In this document: positions 39,655-48,725 of the stretch, piece by piece
Position numbering within the stretch: position 1 is the stretch's first letter
Layout of the letters: every line of letters starts with the position of its first letter
DNA from: Candidatus Micrarchaeota archaeon
Lineage (GTDB): Archaea; Micrarchaeota; Micrarchaeia; Micrarchaeales; Micrarchaeaceae
Reading direction: 5' to 3'
DNA: 64,000 bases
Assembly: GCA_021827525.1 (NCBI GenBank)
Contig: JAKAVJ010000013.1
Location: 9,191-73,190 of the forward strand
The notes under the pieces: model-generated
The model's database searches: none
Seen by the model: only the letters and a program-made list of their open reading frames with translations
Told to the model about the DNA's origin: nothing
Made by a program: the position numbers and the translations under genes

Positions 39655-41313
39655 TTATATAAATGTTCTCATTCTGCCGCTCATCTGCGATGCACCGCCT
39701 ATGAACGTCGCTATCTGTGTCACGAACGCATAAGTTACTGCGATTATAAGCAACGGATAGAACAGTATCAGGAGCCAGAAGCTGCTCATTGCCGATTGCA
39801 CAGAGCTTACCTGCGTCACGAGCGGGCTATCAGGCGTTATGGCATTGGTTATCGCACCGGAGCCCTGGCCGAAACGGTTCAACTGAATAGAGGCGGTAGA
39901 GAGGGTGTGCAGTATGCTCGGCGCCGTGAAGTAATAAGCTATTGCGAACATGGTCGGCATTATTATGTAGAACCCCATTGCCAGTGCGATGAGCATGCCG
40001 CCTAGCGCCCTTGTCGGGAATATGGCCCTGAATATCACGCCAGGAACAAGGAATACTGGTATGGATGCAACCGAGAAGAATACTAGCAGGTAGTATTCGG
40101 CGTACAGAGCGGTTATGCCCTCTATTATGAAGGTTCCCAGCACCATAGAGGGCTCTATAACCAGCGCTTCCAGGGGCAGTGAGTACAATAGCGTCAGCAG
40201 TGATATCGGCGGCGCGCCTGTTATTGGAAAGGCTATTTCTACATTTAGCGAGGCGTAGAATGAATCCATGATCACAACATTGTATAGGCTGGAGAACACG
40301 CCTTCAGCCTGCTGTATTGTGGAGAGGATAAGATGGAAAGCGGTAGCGTACGGGTTTATGGTCCCCACAAAAAGCGACGGTATTATGCCGAACGCCACGG
40401 CGCTCACATACAGGAACAGCCCGACGATTATGGCGCTGGCAATTGCTTCATAAAGCTCGCCAATGCCGAAGTTGCGCATCCTGTCGTTCCTTAGGCCTGC
40501 TCCGACCATGAATATTATTGCCGCTATAGAGAATGCGACAAGTATCGCAGCGAAAGCTATGGGCGTCTCGGAGCTCCACGTATCGTAGACCTGCTCGTTT
40601 ATTGGGCAGTACCACGGTGCACTGCTCTCTATCTGCGATACTATCGAATTGGGCAGCAGCCCGCATCCCCCAGGTATTGACGTGGTTGTAGTGCTGACTG
40701 TTGCTGTACCAGAAGCAGAATTAGATGCGCTTTTCGATGCACTGTTCGAAGCGCCGTTGGATGAGCTTGACGCACCGTTAGAAGCACCGGATGCGCTTTT
40801 CGATGCACCGTTCGAAGCGCCGTTGGATGAGCTTGACGCACCGTTAGAAGCGCCGGATGCGCTTTTCGATGCACTGTTCGAAGCGCCGTTGGATGAGCTT
40901 GACGCACCGTTAGAAGCGCCGTTGGATGAGCTTGACGCACCGTTAGAAGAAGACGTCGGTGAGGTTTTTGACCCACATTTTACACCTCTAATTGGTTGAC
41001 CATTCTGAAAGCTGCATATTATATTTACCGACGGGCAGCCCGACGGGCAACCGCCAGAGCAGAGCGTAAGGCTGCCGCATGACACTTCTGTGTTGCATGA
41101 GCATTTTGGCAGGAACGAAAGGCTTTCGGATTGGGGCGCCTGCGCGGCAGTCATGTTAGAATAGGATATGTTAGAGTAAGATATGGAATGCTGTATAGGC
41201 ACGCTTGAGGTGCTACCAGTTTGCGCTGGCTGCATGCTTAGCGAGGCGTATGCGAATACAGTTATCACTGCAAATATCGCAGCGATTACCAATAATGGAA
41301 TTGCTCTGGACAT
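39655..41313 (-). CDS. Polytopic membrane protein, tandem paralogue 6 of 6, with Cys-rich ectodomain and Ser/Asn/Gly/Ala linker
   Basis: Signal-anchor; a 10-Cys segment CSCNTEVSCGSLTLCSGGCPSGCPSVNIICSF..VKC; (SSSNGASNGASKSA)n linker; membrane core with GELYEAIASAIIVGLF and IFRAIFPTRALGGMLIALAMGFYIIMP. Confidence 0.7.
   Translation of the reverse strand: MSRAIPLLVIAAIFAVITVFAYASLSMQPAQTGSTSSVPIQHSISYSNISYSNMTAAQAPQSESLSFLPKCSCNTEVSCGSLTLCSGGCPSGCPSVNIICSFQNGQPIRGVKCGSKTSPTSSSNGASSSSNGASNGASSSSNGASNSASKSASGASNGASSSSNGASNGASKSASGASNGASSSSNGASNSASKSASNSASGTATVSTTTTSIPGGCGLLPNSIVSQIESSAPWYCPINEQVYDTWSSETPIAFAAILVAFSIAAIIFMVGAGLRNDRMRNFGIGELYEAIASAIIVGLFLYVSAVAFGIIPSLFVGTINPYATAFHLILSTIQQAEGVFSSLYNVVIMDSFYASLNVEIAFPITGAPPISLLTLLYSLPLEALVIEPSMVLGTFIIEGITALYAEYYLLVFFSVASIPVFLVPGVIFRAIFPTRALGGMLIALAMGFYIIMPTMFAIAYYFTAPSILHTLSTASIQLNRFGQGSGAITNAITPDSPLVTQVSSVQSAMSSFWLLILFYPLLIIAVTYAFVTQIATFIGGASQMSGRMRTFI
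40724..40948. repeat. In-frame 66-bp tandem repeat (~3.4 units) encoding the Ser-rich linker
   Basis: The unit GATGCGCTTTTCGATGCAC(C/T)GTTCGAAGCGCCGTTGGATGAGCTTGACGCACCGTTAGAAGC(A/G)CCG starts at 40724, 40790 and 40856, followed by a partial unit. Confidence 0.9.
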
Positions 41314-41315
41314 GC

Positions 41316-42416
41316 TTACACCAAGTTACCAATAAGGGCCATGAAGCTGACCTTCTCGCCCATCACCTTTGAAAAGTCCACTATGAATGCGTCTAATATG
41401 GTGAAATTCAGGAAGGGCACGAAAGTGAGGCCCGCTATCACATACCCGTATTGCAGCAGGAGAGTCCCCAGATATGATGGGAAGCTTCCGGATATATATG
41501 TGGCGAACAGTCCTGCTACCAGGCCCGTAGCGCCTGATGCTAAGTTGTATATTCCCGCCAATGCGCCTGAGATTGTAGATGGGTTGCCCAATGAAACTAG
41601 CGTCTGCGTAGTTATGAAGCCATAGGTTACCGAGACCAAAAGGGGGAACACTATTCCGAGGCCCAAGCCGAAAGCTATCATTGCGCCGCCAAAGCTCCTT
41701 GATATGCCGAAGACCCATGCTATCAGACCTATTGCCATGAAAAGGGCTATGAAGAATATTGATCCGGATAGCAGTATCAATTGAACCTCGTTGAGCAGTA
41801 TCATAAACAGCAGCGCATTGAACGCAATGCCTAGAATTTCGTCCATAGATTTCGGGAATAGGCTATTGATGCCAAATGAGAAGCCGGTTCCGTCTGAATC
41901 GAATGGGACATTGACCTTGACGGAGAACCCGGGCGTGAGACCGGCAACGTATGATACGCCGTACAGCAGGCTGAAGTAGCCCTTCGATATCGCTATGAAG
42001 CTGCCCATGTCGCAAGCGGATAGGTTGAATATTGTATCGCTCGCAGCTCCTGTGCATGTGCTCGGAAGCAGATGTGCGCTGCTTACGGACTGGCTCGGAC
42101 TTAAGAACATCATCGAATATAACCCGAGAAATATCACAATCAGCATTATCCCTATGAGTGCCTCGTATATCTGGGCGCGCGCCCAGCTCCTGCCATTAGG
42201 GCTGTCCAAGGCGAAGCTGACTGCATAAATCAGTGCCGCAATCAGTATAACCACAATGACTGCAATCAGAGCTATGTCATACCACGGAGGTATGAAGCTG
42301 GTGACGAATGACTGAGGCGCGGAGGATGCCGCAGAAGCGGTGTGCAGCAGCATCACGGCTAGCATAGCAATCGCGACCGAGACCCGTATTGCACTTCTTG
42401 AAACCATGCCAATCAT
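41316..42416 (-). CDS. Polytopic membrane protein, tandem paralogue 5 of 6
   Basis: Signal peptide. AQIYEALIGIMLIVIF and the degenerate core motif LIAWVFGISRSFGGAMIAFGLGLGIVFP. Confidence 0.7.
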   Translation of the reverse strand: MIGMVSRSAIRVSVAIAMLAVMLLHTASAASSAPQSFVTSFIPPWYDIALIAVIVVILIAALIYAVSFALDSPNGRSWARAQIYEALIGIMLIVIFLGLYSMMFLSPSQSVSSAHLLPSTCTGAASDTIFNLSACDMGSFIAISKGYFSLLYGVSYVAGLTPGFSVKVNVPFDSDGTGFSFGINSLFPKSMDEILGIAFNALLFMILLNEVQLILLSGSIFFIALFMAIGLIAWVFGISRSFGGAMIAFGLGLGIVFPLLVSVTYGFITTQTLVSLGNPSTISGALAGIYNLASGATGLVAGLFATYISGSFPSYLGTLLLQYGYVIAGLTFVPFLNFTILDAFIVDFSKVMGEKVSFMALIGNLV

Positions 42417-42431
42417 CTATCCCTCTTCAGT

Positions 42432-43508
42432 TCACAGCACCCTCTTCAGCGTATTGCTTGAAGACAGGCTCGGCGCTCCGAGCGCGTCGCCTATCAGCTC
42501 CATGAAGTCGTACGAGACTATAAGCGATATTATGAGCACGAATATTGTAAATATCATCGGCTCGACTATGACATTTATAAATGGCGTGATTATATCGAAT
42601 GATATCATTTGAAGTACCGTGGTGAGGAAAGTACCTGTTGATTGTATGAAACTGCTTGGGCTGCTCAGGAACGAATTTGTATTTATTACAGGCAAAACCG
42701 ATGAGGTGGGCGATGCCTGCAGCATGAAGTACAGCAGGGTAGGGAACATGAGGTAGAACGCGATGAAAAGGCCCAGGAAGGCTCCGCCTGCTGCCCTTGT
42801 CCACGGAATCGTACGCAGTATTATTCCCAAGAACAGGAATATCGGGAATACTGAATAGATTATGGCTAGGAAAACTATGAGTGCTATGAAGAGCCCTGCA
42901 AGGCCCCCGGCAATGCCTATGAATAGGTTAAGTATGTGGTACAGAAGGCCGAAGGCCTTAAATGGTACGAAGCTTATGCCGAAATACAGCGGCATTATGT
43001 TCACCCTAAAATCACGCAGAAGCTGGAGGTAGTATGTCTCTGGTATGAAGTAAGTGGAGAGCGACCTGAATACGTCGACCGACGAGCCCGCAAGGAGCGT
43101 GCAGTCGTTGTAATACGTGTTGTATGTGCTTGACGGGCCTATCTTTATGAAACCTGATGGAGATATGGAGTATATTGCGCCGAAAAATATTAGGACTACA
43201 AGCAACGTCACGACTATCTCGCCCATCTCTGCCTTCGAGAACTGCACAAGCTTCTCGACCTTGAATGAATAGCCTATCATATACGTTATGCCTATCACCA
43301 GCGCCACAAGAGCCAGTATGAGCATGGATATGCCGAGCATGCCGCCATAAGAACTCGAATGAAGCACCGCATTGGACTGCACTATTGCGCTGTTGCAGAA
43401 TGCGGAGTTGGTCGCATCCCCTGTGCTAGCAGCAGAGACGTTGCCCAGAAGCAGCAGCAAGGCTAGAACCAGCGCCGCACCCTTTGCATATGCGTATGCC
43501 CTTCTCAT
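42432..43508 (-). CDS. Polytopic membrane protein, tandem paralogue 4 of 6
   Basis: Signal peptide. KAEMGEIVVTLLVVLIF and IILRTIPWTRAAGGAFLGLFIAFYLMFP. Confidence 0.7.
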   Translation of the reverse strand: MRRAYAYAKGAALVLALLLLLGNVSAASTGDATNSAFCNSAIVQSNAVLHSSSYGGMLGISMLILALVALVIGITYMIGYSFKVEKLVQFSKAEMGEIVVTLLVVLIFFGAIYSISPSGFIKIGPSSTYNTYYNDCTLLAGSSVDVFRSLSTYFIPETYYLQLLRDFRVNIMPLYFGISFVPFKAFGLLYHILNLFIGIAGGLAGLFIALIVFLAIIYSVFPIFLFLGIILRTIPWTRAAGGAFLGLFIAFYLMFPTLLYFMLQASPTSSVLPVINTNSFLSSPSSFIQSTGTFLTTVLQMISFDIITPFINVIVEPMIFTIFVLIISLIVSYDFMELIGDALGAPSLSSSNTLKRVL

Positions 43509-43515
43509 AATATCA

Positions 43516-44967
43516 CTATACGAACCTCGAAAGGCCTGCGAGGTTGGTATCGCCTCCGAGCAGGCCGGACAGGCCGATTATTGCAGTCAGTGTTATCAAT
43601 ATGTTCACAAGTGGCAGGACGTATGCGGTTATGCCCGTTATGCCGTATGCATTCAGCACCTGGAACATGGTGCCCTCCGCATTCGTTGGAGTGCATGCAG
43701 AAGGCAGATAGAAGTATGGCAGTGAGCTTGGCAGGCCTCCCGAAGCACCCTTTATTAGGGGCAGCAGGCCTTCTACAGCGGATGCAAAAGGAACCAGCAG
43801 TATGCCGGTATCCTCTGCCTGGGTCAGGGCCAGGTTGCCGCCGGGGGGCCAGCAGTTGTTTGCCTGCGCTATCTTCTTTATGCTTGGCTCCACGAAGAAA
43901 TTAGGGGTATAGTCGGGCAAGGCGGTAATGGAATTTGTAGTTATGCCGTTGAAGCCGTAGGCAGTGCTAAGCGTAATGCCCGTGGAGCCGATCTCGCTGT
44001 TCACGTTCATGCTGCTCAGCGATACATACTCAATTGCGAATACTGCTGGATAGAACAGCACCGCCCCTATGGCAACGGCTATGAAAAGCCCGCCTATCCT
44101 CCTAGTGAAGGGCGTCGCCCTGAATATCAGCCCTATGAACAGGATGTACGGCCATATGTACAGGAATATGATTATGAACAGGAGCTGGGCGACATCCATT
44201 TCAAGCGATGTGCCTAGAAGCTCGCCTATAACGCCCATGGGCTTGTACACCATTGAGTACCCTGCATAGGGTGTGTATGTAGCATTTATGAATGAGATGG
44301 CAGGATTTACGTCTTCTTCTGGAGGTATTATGCATGGCCCGGCGGGATTTATAAAGTCCTGCAGGCAGAATGACAGCGAGGGCGTGAGCGTCTCCATGTA
44401 GCCTAAGAAGAAGTCGACTTCGAAGAACGAATTAAGGTTTACTATGCTCTGGTTCGTAAGGTTTGCGATCACGACCCCTGCGGAAGCCAGCGGGTAGTCT
44501 ATGTTAGTCGTGGCGGTAGGATTGCTGGACTGCGTCGATATGTAGTTGCACAGCCCTCCGAAAGACGGGCCCGAAGAGCTAGAGAATCCTTTGAGCAGCG
44601 AAAACGAGCTTATACCGAAAGAGGGCGGTCCGAGTATGGAGAGCGGTGAATATGATTCTATTCCGCTGCACATGCTTGACATGCTCGATGTTGACATTGC
44701 GCCGCCGCTCGAAATTAGGGAGAATATATTGCCCGCAAACACCAGTATGGTGAGCACTATGACCGTTATGACAGCGGTGCCGGCAAGCTGGTAGAACTCG
44801 CCTCTTGCTGAATCCTTCACCTTCGTGCTGTTAAGCAGTATGCCCAGCACGTACCATACGCTCACTATCACCGAATCGAGGAGCAGCGCAAGCACGACTA
44901 TTGGCAGAAGGTCGGACTTCACAGTAGATATGGATGTTATCTGCAATAATATTCCAGGCGCTATCAT
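43516..44967 (-). CDS. Polytopic membrane protein, tandem paralogue 3 of 6
   Basis: RGEFYQLAGTAVITVIV and LIFRATPFTRRIGGLFIAVAIGAVLFYP. Large central ectodomain. Confidence 0.7.
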   Translation of the reverse strand: MIAPGILLQITSISTVKSDLLPIVVLALLLDSVIVSVWYVLGILLNSTKVKDSARGEFYQLAGTAVITVIVLTILVFAGNIFSLISSGGAMSTSSMSSMCSGIESYSPLSILGPPSFGISSFSLLKGFSSSSGPSFGGLCNYISTQSSNPTATTNIDYPLASAGVVIANLTNQSIVNLNSFFEVDFFLGYMETLTPSLSFCLQDFINPAGPCIIPPEEDVNPAISFINATYTPYAGYSMVYKPMGVIGELLGTSLEMDVAQLLFIIIFLYIWPYILFIGLIFRATPFTRRIGGLFIAVAIGAVLFYPAVFAIEYVSLSSMNVNSEIGSTGITLSTAYGFNGITTNSITALPDYTPNFFVEPSIKKIAQANNCWPPGGNLALTQAEDTGILLVPFASAVEGLLPLIKGASGGLPSSLPYFYLPSACTPTNAEGTMFQVLNAYGITGITAYVLPLVNILITLTAIIGLSGLLGGDTNLAGLSRFV

Positions 44968-44972
44968 TCAAA

Positions 44973-46613
44973 TCACAGATTGTTCCAGAACGACGCAGCA
45001 CCCTCTATTCCAGTATTCAATGCCTTTGTGAGGCTCATGGCGAACGCCACTGTTATGGCTATATTCAATGCAAATAATATAACACCTATGAATATGAACT
45101 GCGACATCAGGTTCACGATAGAGTTAGATATTGTTATAGGCGTATACGGATTGTATACGCCGGAAAGCCCAAGGCTGCTCACGCCTGAGATGAGGCTAAG
45201 CTCTGACGGCGCGGCTATGCCGAATGGAAGCGTCGAAGGCGAGCTGCTTGATGCGCTCGAGAAGAATGTTGATGGCAGCTGTGTCAATGTGAATCCCATG
45301 TTCAGGTACGGATAAAGGGGGTTCTGAACAGAGAATATCCAATGCACCATGTACGCATCGAGCGCTATGGTCAGCGGATATATCAGGTAGAGCGCTATCG
45401 CTAACGCCAAAACGGCGTTGGCTACGTTGCGCAGCCCTGACCCGCCCGCGCCGGTATATGCTATTGACCTTATTATTATGGCCACGGGAAGCAATAATGT
45501 GAATGCGGTAAGCTTTATGAGCGGCAGCGCTAGGTACTGCAGGAATAACATGCCTATGGTTATCACCAGTATCGGCGAGAACAGATCCATGTACAGATCA
45601 GCAATGAGATAATAGCCTATGCTTAGGTCGTACCCCTCCAGAACGTTCATAGATACGCCTGGCGCTATGGTAATCGTCGGTATTTCGAGCTTCCCCGACA
45701 GTTGCGCTGCCATATATGAGTATACTCTTGCATCTATGCTGAACGCTATCGAATCGGAATATATATTCGTGAGAAGCCTCAAGCCTGTGTTCATGCTAAG
45801 GTTGCCGATGTAGTAGTCTGAATACGTAAATGGACCGAGCGATGTGCCTGTAAGCTGCTGGCTTATTGACGAAGATATGCCGCATGCTGCGCTCGAGAAG
45901 AATATGAGCAGCGTTATTATGAGTGCGCTTATCAGGAGCTGCGTCATCTCAATCTTGGTTATGCCGGCGATGGTGCTCTTGGTCCTTGGGGGCATGATCC
46001 TGCCAATGGCATACAGAACTGCCATTACCATGAAGCCGATTATTATCACAAGGTAGTTTATTGGAAGCCAGTCGTTGGTGTAGTCTGAATTTCCGTACAG
46101 GGTGCACGCCTGTATGGGCTGCGATGGCGGCGGAGCCGTGACGGTTATGGCAGAAGCTGAGTTTGTAGATGAGGATGCGCTGTTTGAAGCGCTGTTGGAG
46201 GCGCCGGTGGAGGCGCTGTTGGAAGCAGAATTGGAGGCTGAGTTGGTGGGTGCACCGGGGGTCAGCACGGTCAACACTTGACCACTGCTGTATGTATTTG
46301 TCGATATATCGTAAGCATAAAAGTATTTGTAGGTGCCAGCTTGAAGGCTGCCCGCAGGATATGTATAGGTAGCCGTGCCGAATCCGAAAGCCAGTTCCTG
46401 GTTTTCGGTGGGGTACCTTATTTCGCACAGACGATTGAGTATAGTCTTACCCGGGCATTGGGCTGTTATTGTAACTGTGGATGTTGTGCTTGCTGGATTG
46501 GGGCTTATAGTAAGTGTAGGCGATGCTGCTTTGGCGACTGCCGATGAATGCACTAGCATTATTATCAGTATGAGTGCGTAAATGGGAAACATCCTTGTTT
46601 TTGCGCTTTTCAT
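44973..46613 (-). CDS. Polytopic membrane protein, tandem paralogue 2 of 6, with Ig-like ectodomain and Ser-rich linker
   Basis: Signal peptide; beta-rich N-terminal domain; NSASNSASNSASTGASNSAS linker; KIEMTQLLISALIITLL and IIIRSIAYTGAGGSG...LALAIALYLIYP. Confidence 0.7.
   Translation of the reverse strand: MKSAKTRMFPIYALILIIMLVHSSAVAKAASPTLTISPNPASTTSTVTITAQCPGKTILNRLCEIRYPTENQELAFGFGTATYTYPAGSLQAGTYKYFYAYDISTNTYSSGQVLTVLTPGAPTNSASNSASNSASTGASNSASNSASSSTNSASAITVTAPPPSQPIQACTLYGNSDYTNDWLPINYLVIIIGFMVMAVLYAIGRIMPPRTKSTIAGITKIEMTQLLISALIITLLIFFSSAACGISSSISQQLTGTSLGPFTYSDYYIGNLSMNTGLRLLTNIYSDSIAFSIDARVYSYMAAQLSGKLEIPTITIAPGVSMNVLEGYDLSIGYYLIADLYMDLFSPILVITIGMLFLQYLALPLIKLTAFTLLLPVAIIIRSIAYTGAGGSGLRNVANAVLALAIALYLIYPLTIALDAYMVHWIFSVQNPLYPYLNMGFTLTQLPSTFFSSASSSSPSTLPFGIAAPSELSLISGVSSLGLSGVYNPYTPITISNSIVNLMSQFIFIGVILFALNIAITVAFAMSLTKALNTGIEGAASFWNNL
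46149..46250. repeat. Low-complexity imperfect short repeats encoding (N/T/G)SAS linker
   Basis: Degenerate reiteration of GCGCTGTTGGAGGC-like units on the plus strand, in frame within 44973..46613. Confidence 0.7.
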
Positions 46614-46624
46614 CTAATCGCTCT

Positions 46625-47863
46625 TCATGCAAGTTTCATCCTTCCTATTCCAAGCCTCAGAGAGCCCCCTAGCAGCGACGCTATGTGCTGGACTATGACT
46701 ATGCCTATTATCAGGTCCAGTATGAAAAGTATGAACTGCAGTATCGCCACCAGGAAAGCCTGCGACAGTATTATGTTGAATGCCGGATATATGTCTGCAT
46801 AGCTAGCCATGCCGTATCCGAATCCTGTAAATATCTGGCTATTCGCGTTAGAAGCGTATAGCATGGTGTTGATAACGCTTATCGCCCCGCTGTAGAAGGC
46901 GCATTCTATTGGGTTCCATCCACTAGGGCAGGAATTTGACAGAGTAGGTATGGTTGTGGGCGGGATATAGCTGCTTATTGGAACGTTGATGGCAAGCAGA
47001 AGCGCAGGGTATACTAGCGACGCGCCTATGCCGAGCGCCAAGAAAGTGCCGCCGAGAGGCCTTAGTATTGGAATGGCTCTGAGCACTATCCCTACAGGCA
47101 AGAGGACGCCGAACCCTATTGCTATGATGGACGCCAAAAGGTCTTGCTGCACCTGCAATATTATCGTAACAGGGACTAGGATGACCTTTCCTATATCTGT
47201 AAGCAGAGAGAGGCCAGGGTCCGATATGGAGGATATTACGCTGCTCACATAGAGGTTCTCATCGACACCGAAATCGAGCGATCCTATTGTAAACACCGGC
47301 ACTATAGGGATGGGTATGTATAATGACAGCGTCATACTCTTCCATACGCCTATGCCGTCATATAGGCCGAGTAAATTGTAGAATGCGGTATCTACGTTCT
47401 GCAGCTCCGGGGTAAAGTAGGATGTTTGAAGCGCGGTGTAGACCATGCCTATGTTACTGGTTATTTCGCTGCTTGCTGTGCTGCTGCTAGTTGTCAACGA
47501 TGAGCTCGGCGCGCCGACATAGCTCGCAGCTATGCTGCTTAGCACTATGAACAGCGAAAATATCAAGACTATTATCAGTATGGACTTCACAGCCTCCCTG
47601 AGCTCGTTCTGGTACCATCCTTTCAGCGCGCTTATGTTGAAAACGCTGCCGAGCATGTATGATATAGCAACAAGCAGGAACGAGAACAGAACACCGAATA
47701 ATGCCAATGGTATCGCCGACACTACGCAGTTGCCAAGCGTGGTGTCCGAGCCGGTGACCAGGCAGTATGGAGTTGTCTGAAAGCTAGGGCTCGCGTACAC
47801 AGGCTTTGCTGCGAATGCTAGCAGCAATACGGCAAAAAGCATTACTTTGCTCCCGTGGCGCAT
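46625..47863 (-). CDS. Polytopic membrane protein, tandem paralogue 1 of 6
   Basis: Signal peptide. QNELREAVKSILIIVLIF and IVLRAIPILRPLGGTFLALGIGASLVYP. Confidence 0.7.
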   Translation of the reverse strand: MRHGSKVMLFAVLLLAFAAKPVYASPSFQTTPYCLVTGSDTTLGNCVVSAIPLALFGVLFSFLLVAISYMLGSVFNISALKGWYQNELREAVKSILIIVLIFSLFIVLSSIAASYVGAPSSSLTTSSSTASSEITSNIGMVYTALQTSYFTPELQNVDTAFYNLLGLYDGIGVWKSMTLSLYIPIPIVPVFTIGSLDFGVDENLYVSSVISSISDPGLSLLTDIGKVILVPVTIILQVQQDLLASIIAIGFGVLLPVGIVLRAIPILRPLGGTFLALGIGASLVYPALLLAINVPISSYIPPTTIPTLSNSCPSGWNPIECAFYSGAISVINTMLYASNANSQIFTGFGYGMASYADIYPAFNIILSQAFLVAILQFILFILDLIIGIVIVQHIASLLGGSLRLGIGRMKLA

Positions 47864-47929
47864 AGAATAATATAGGGACTAATATTTATAATCCATACTA
47901 TGTATGCATCGAGAGCGGCGAAGCGCACC

Positions 47930-48661
47930 TCACCTCTTCAGCAGCGCAAACCTCTTCATGTACATCTCGCTCTGCAGCACTACGAGAAACGGCAGTATGA
48001 ACAATGAGTTGAACACGACCATTATATAGCGTGACAGAAGAGTCCCTGTCGCCGCTATGAATATGAAATCAAACAGCGTTATCAGCACTATAGCTATAGC
48101 AAGCCATAGCAGGAAATAGTCGAAGCGCTTTATGATGAATCTCAGGCTTGCCATCATTGCCCTGCCTACGGGCTTCTCGTCTATGACTATGGAGCTGGGC
48201 GCATAGAAGAAGAAAGGAGCGAGTATCAGCGCAGCCGCATATGTGAACAGGCCTGAATGCCCTATTGAGAAAGACGCCATGTTGATCAGGTACAATATTA
48301 CAGCGTAGGCTATGAGCACTGCGAATGTGCTGCCTGTATATCTCTCCAGCCCGTCCATTATCTCCTTGCGTATCCTCGTGTGTATCCTGCCGTATTTCAC
48401 AAGTATGTTTATCGCTACGATAGCAAAGCTCAGGAAAAGCAGCGAGAAGAACACCGATGCCACTATTATCGACGCGCTGATTGCGTTGAGGTTGACGAAT
48501 ATGCTTGCAGTCCTTATGAATATCGCGCCGGCATCATTGTATGTTGGGAGCGGCGCGAGGCCAGGTATTATAAAAGCTATGAGGAATGATATCGAGAAAA
48601 GCAGTATCAGACGAAGGTGCTTCGCATAGAAGTCAAACGAATAGCTTAGCACGTTCACCAT
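47930..48661 (-). CDS. Six-TM integral membrane protein (cluster-associated, no recognised family)
   Basis: 243 aa, evenly spaced hydrophobic helices, basic C-terminus. Confidence 0.6.
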   Translation of the reverse strand: MVNVLSYSFDFYAKHLRLILLFSISFLIAFIIPGLAPLPTYNDAGAIFIRTASIFVNLNAISASIIVASVFFSLLFLSFAIVAINILVKYGRIHTRIRKEIMDGLERYTGSTFAVLIAYAVILYLINMASFSIGHSGLFTYAAALILAPFFFYAPSSIVIDEKPVGRAMMASLRFIIKRFDYFLLWLAIAIVLITLFDFIFIAATGTLLSRYIMVVFNSLFILPFLVVLQSEMYMKRFALLKR

Positions 48662-48698
48662 TTAATCACAAGAAGGATTAGGAAGGAAATATTAAAAG

Positions 48699-48722
48699 GG
48701 TTAATGGAAAAACCCATTAACC
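48699..48722 (-). terminator. 9-bp perfect stem-loop 3 nt after the stop of the pilin-like gene (possible attenuator or partial terminator)
   Basis: GGTTAATGG-AAAAAC-CCATTAACC. On the minus strand it is followed by CTTTTAATATTT. Confidence 0.45.
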
Positions 48723-48725
48723 TAT

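Noticed and set aside
40724-40948. Possible CRISPR array or satellite
   Set aside because: The units are directly abutting with no spacers, are 66 bp long, and lie in frame inside a long ORF. No cas genes or leader are present. It is a coding tandem repeat.
40649-40999. 116-aa plus-strand ORF with striking DELDAPLEAP repeats, and the minus-frame ORF 40641..40976 with RQAHPTALRTVH repeats
   Set aside because: Both are alternative-frame readings of the 66-bp tandem repeat. The frame belonging to the 552-aa membrane protein is continuous with flanking conserved sequence, so these are artefacts of the repeat.
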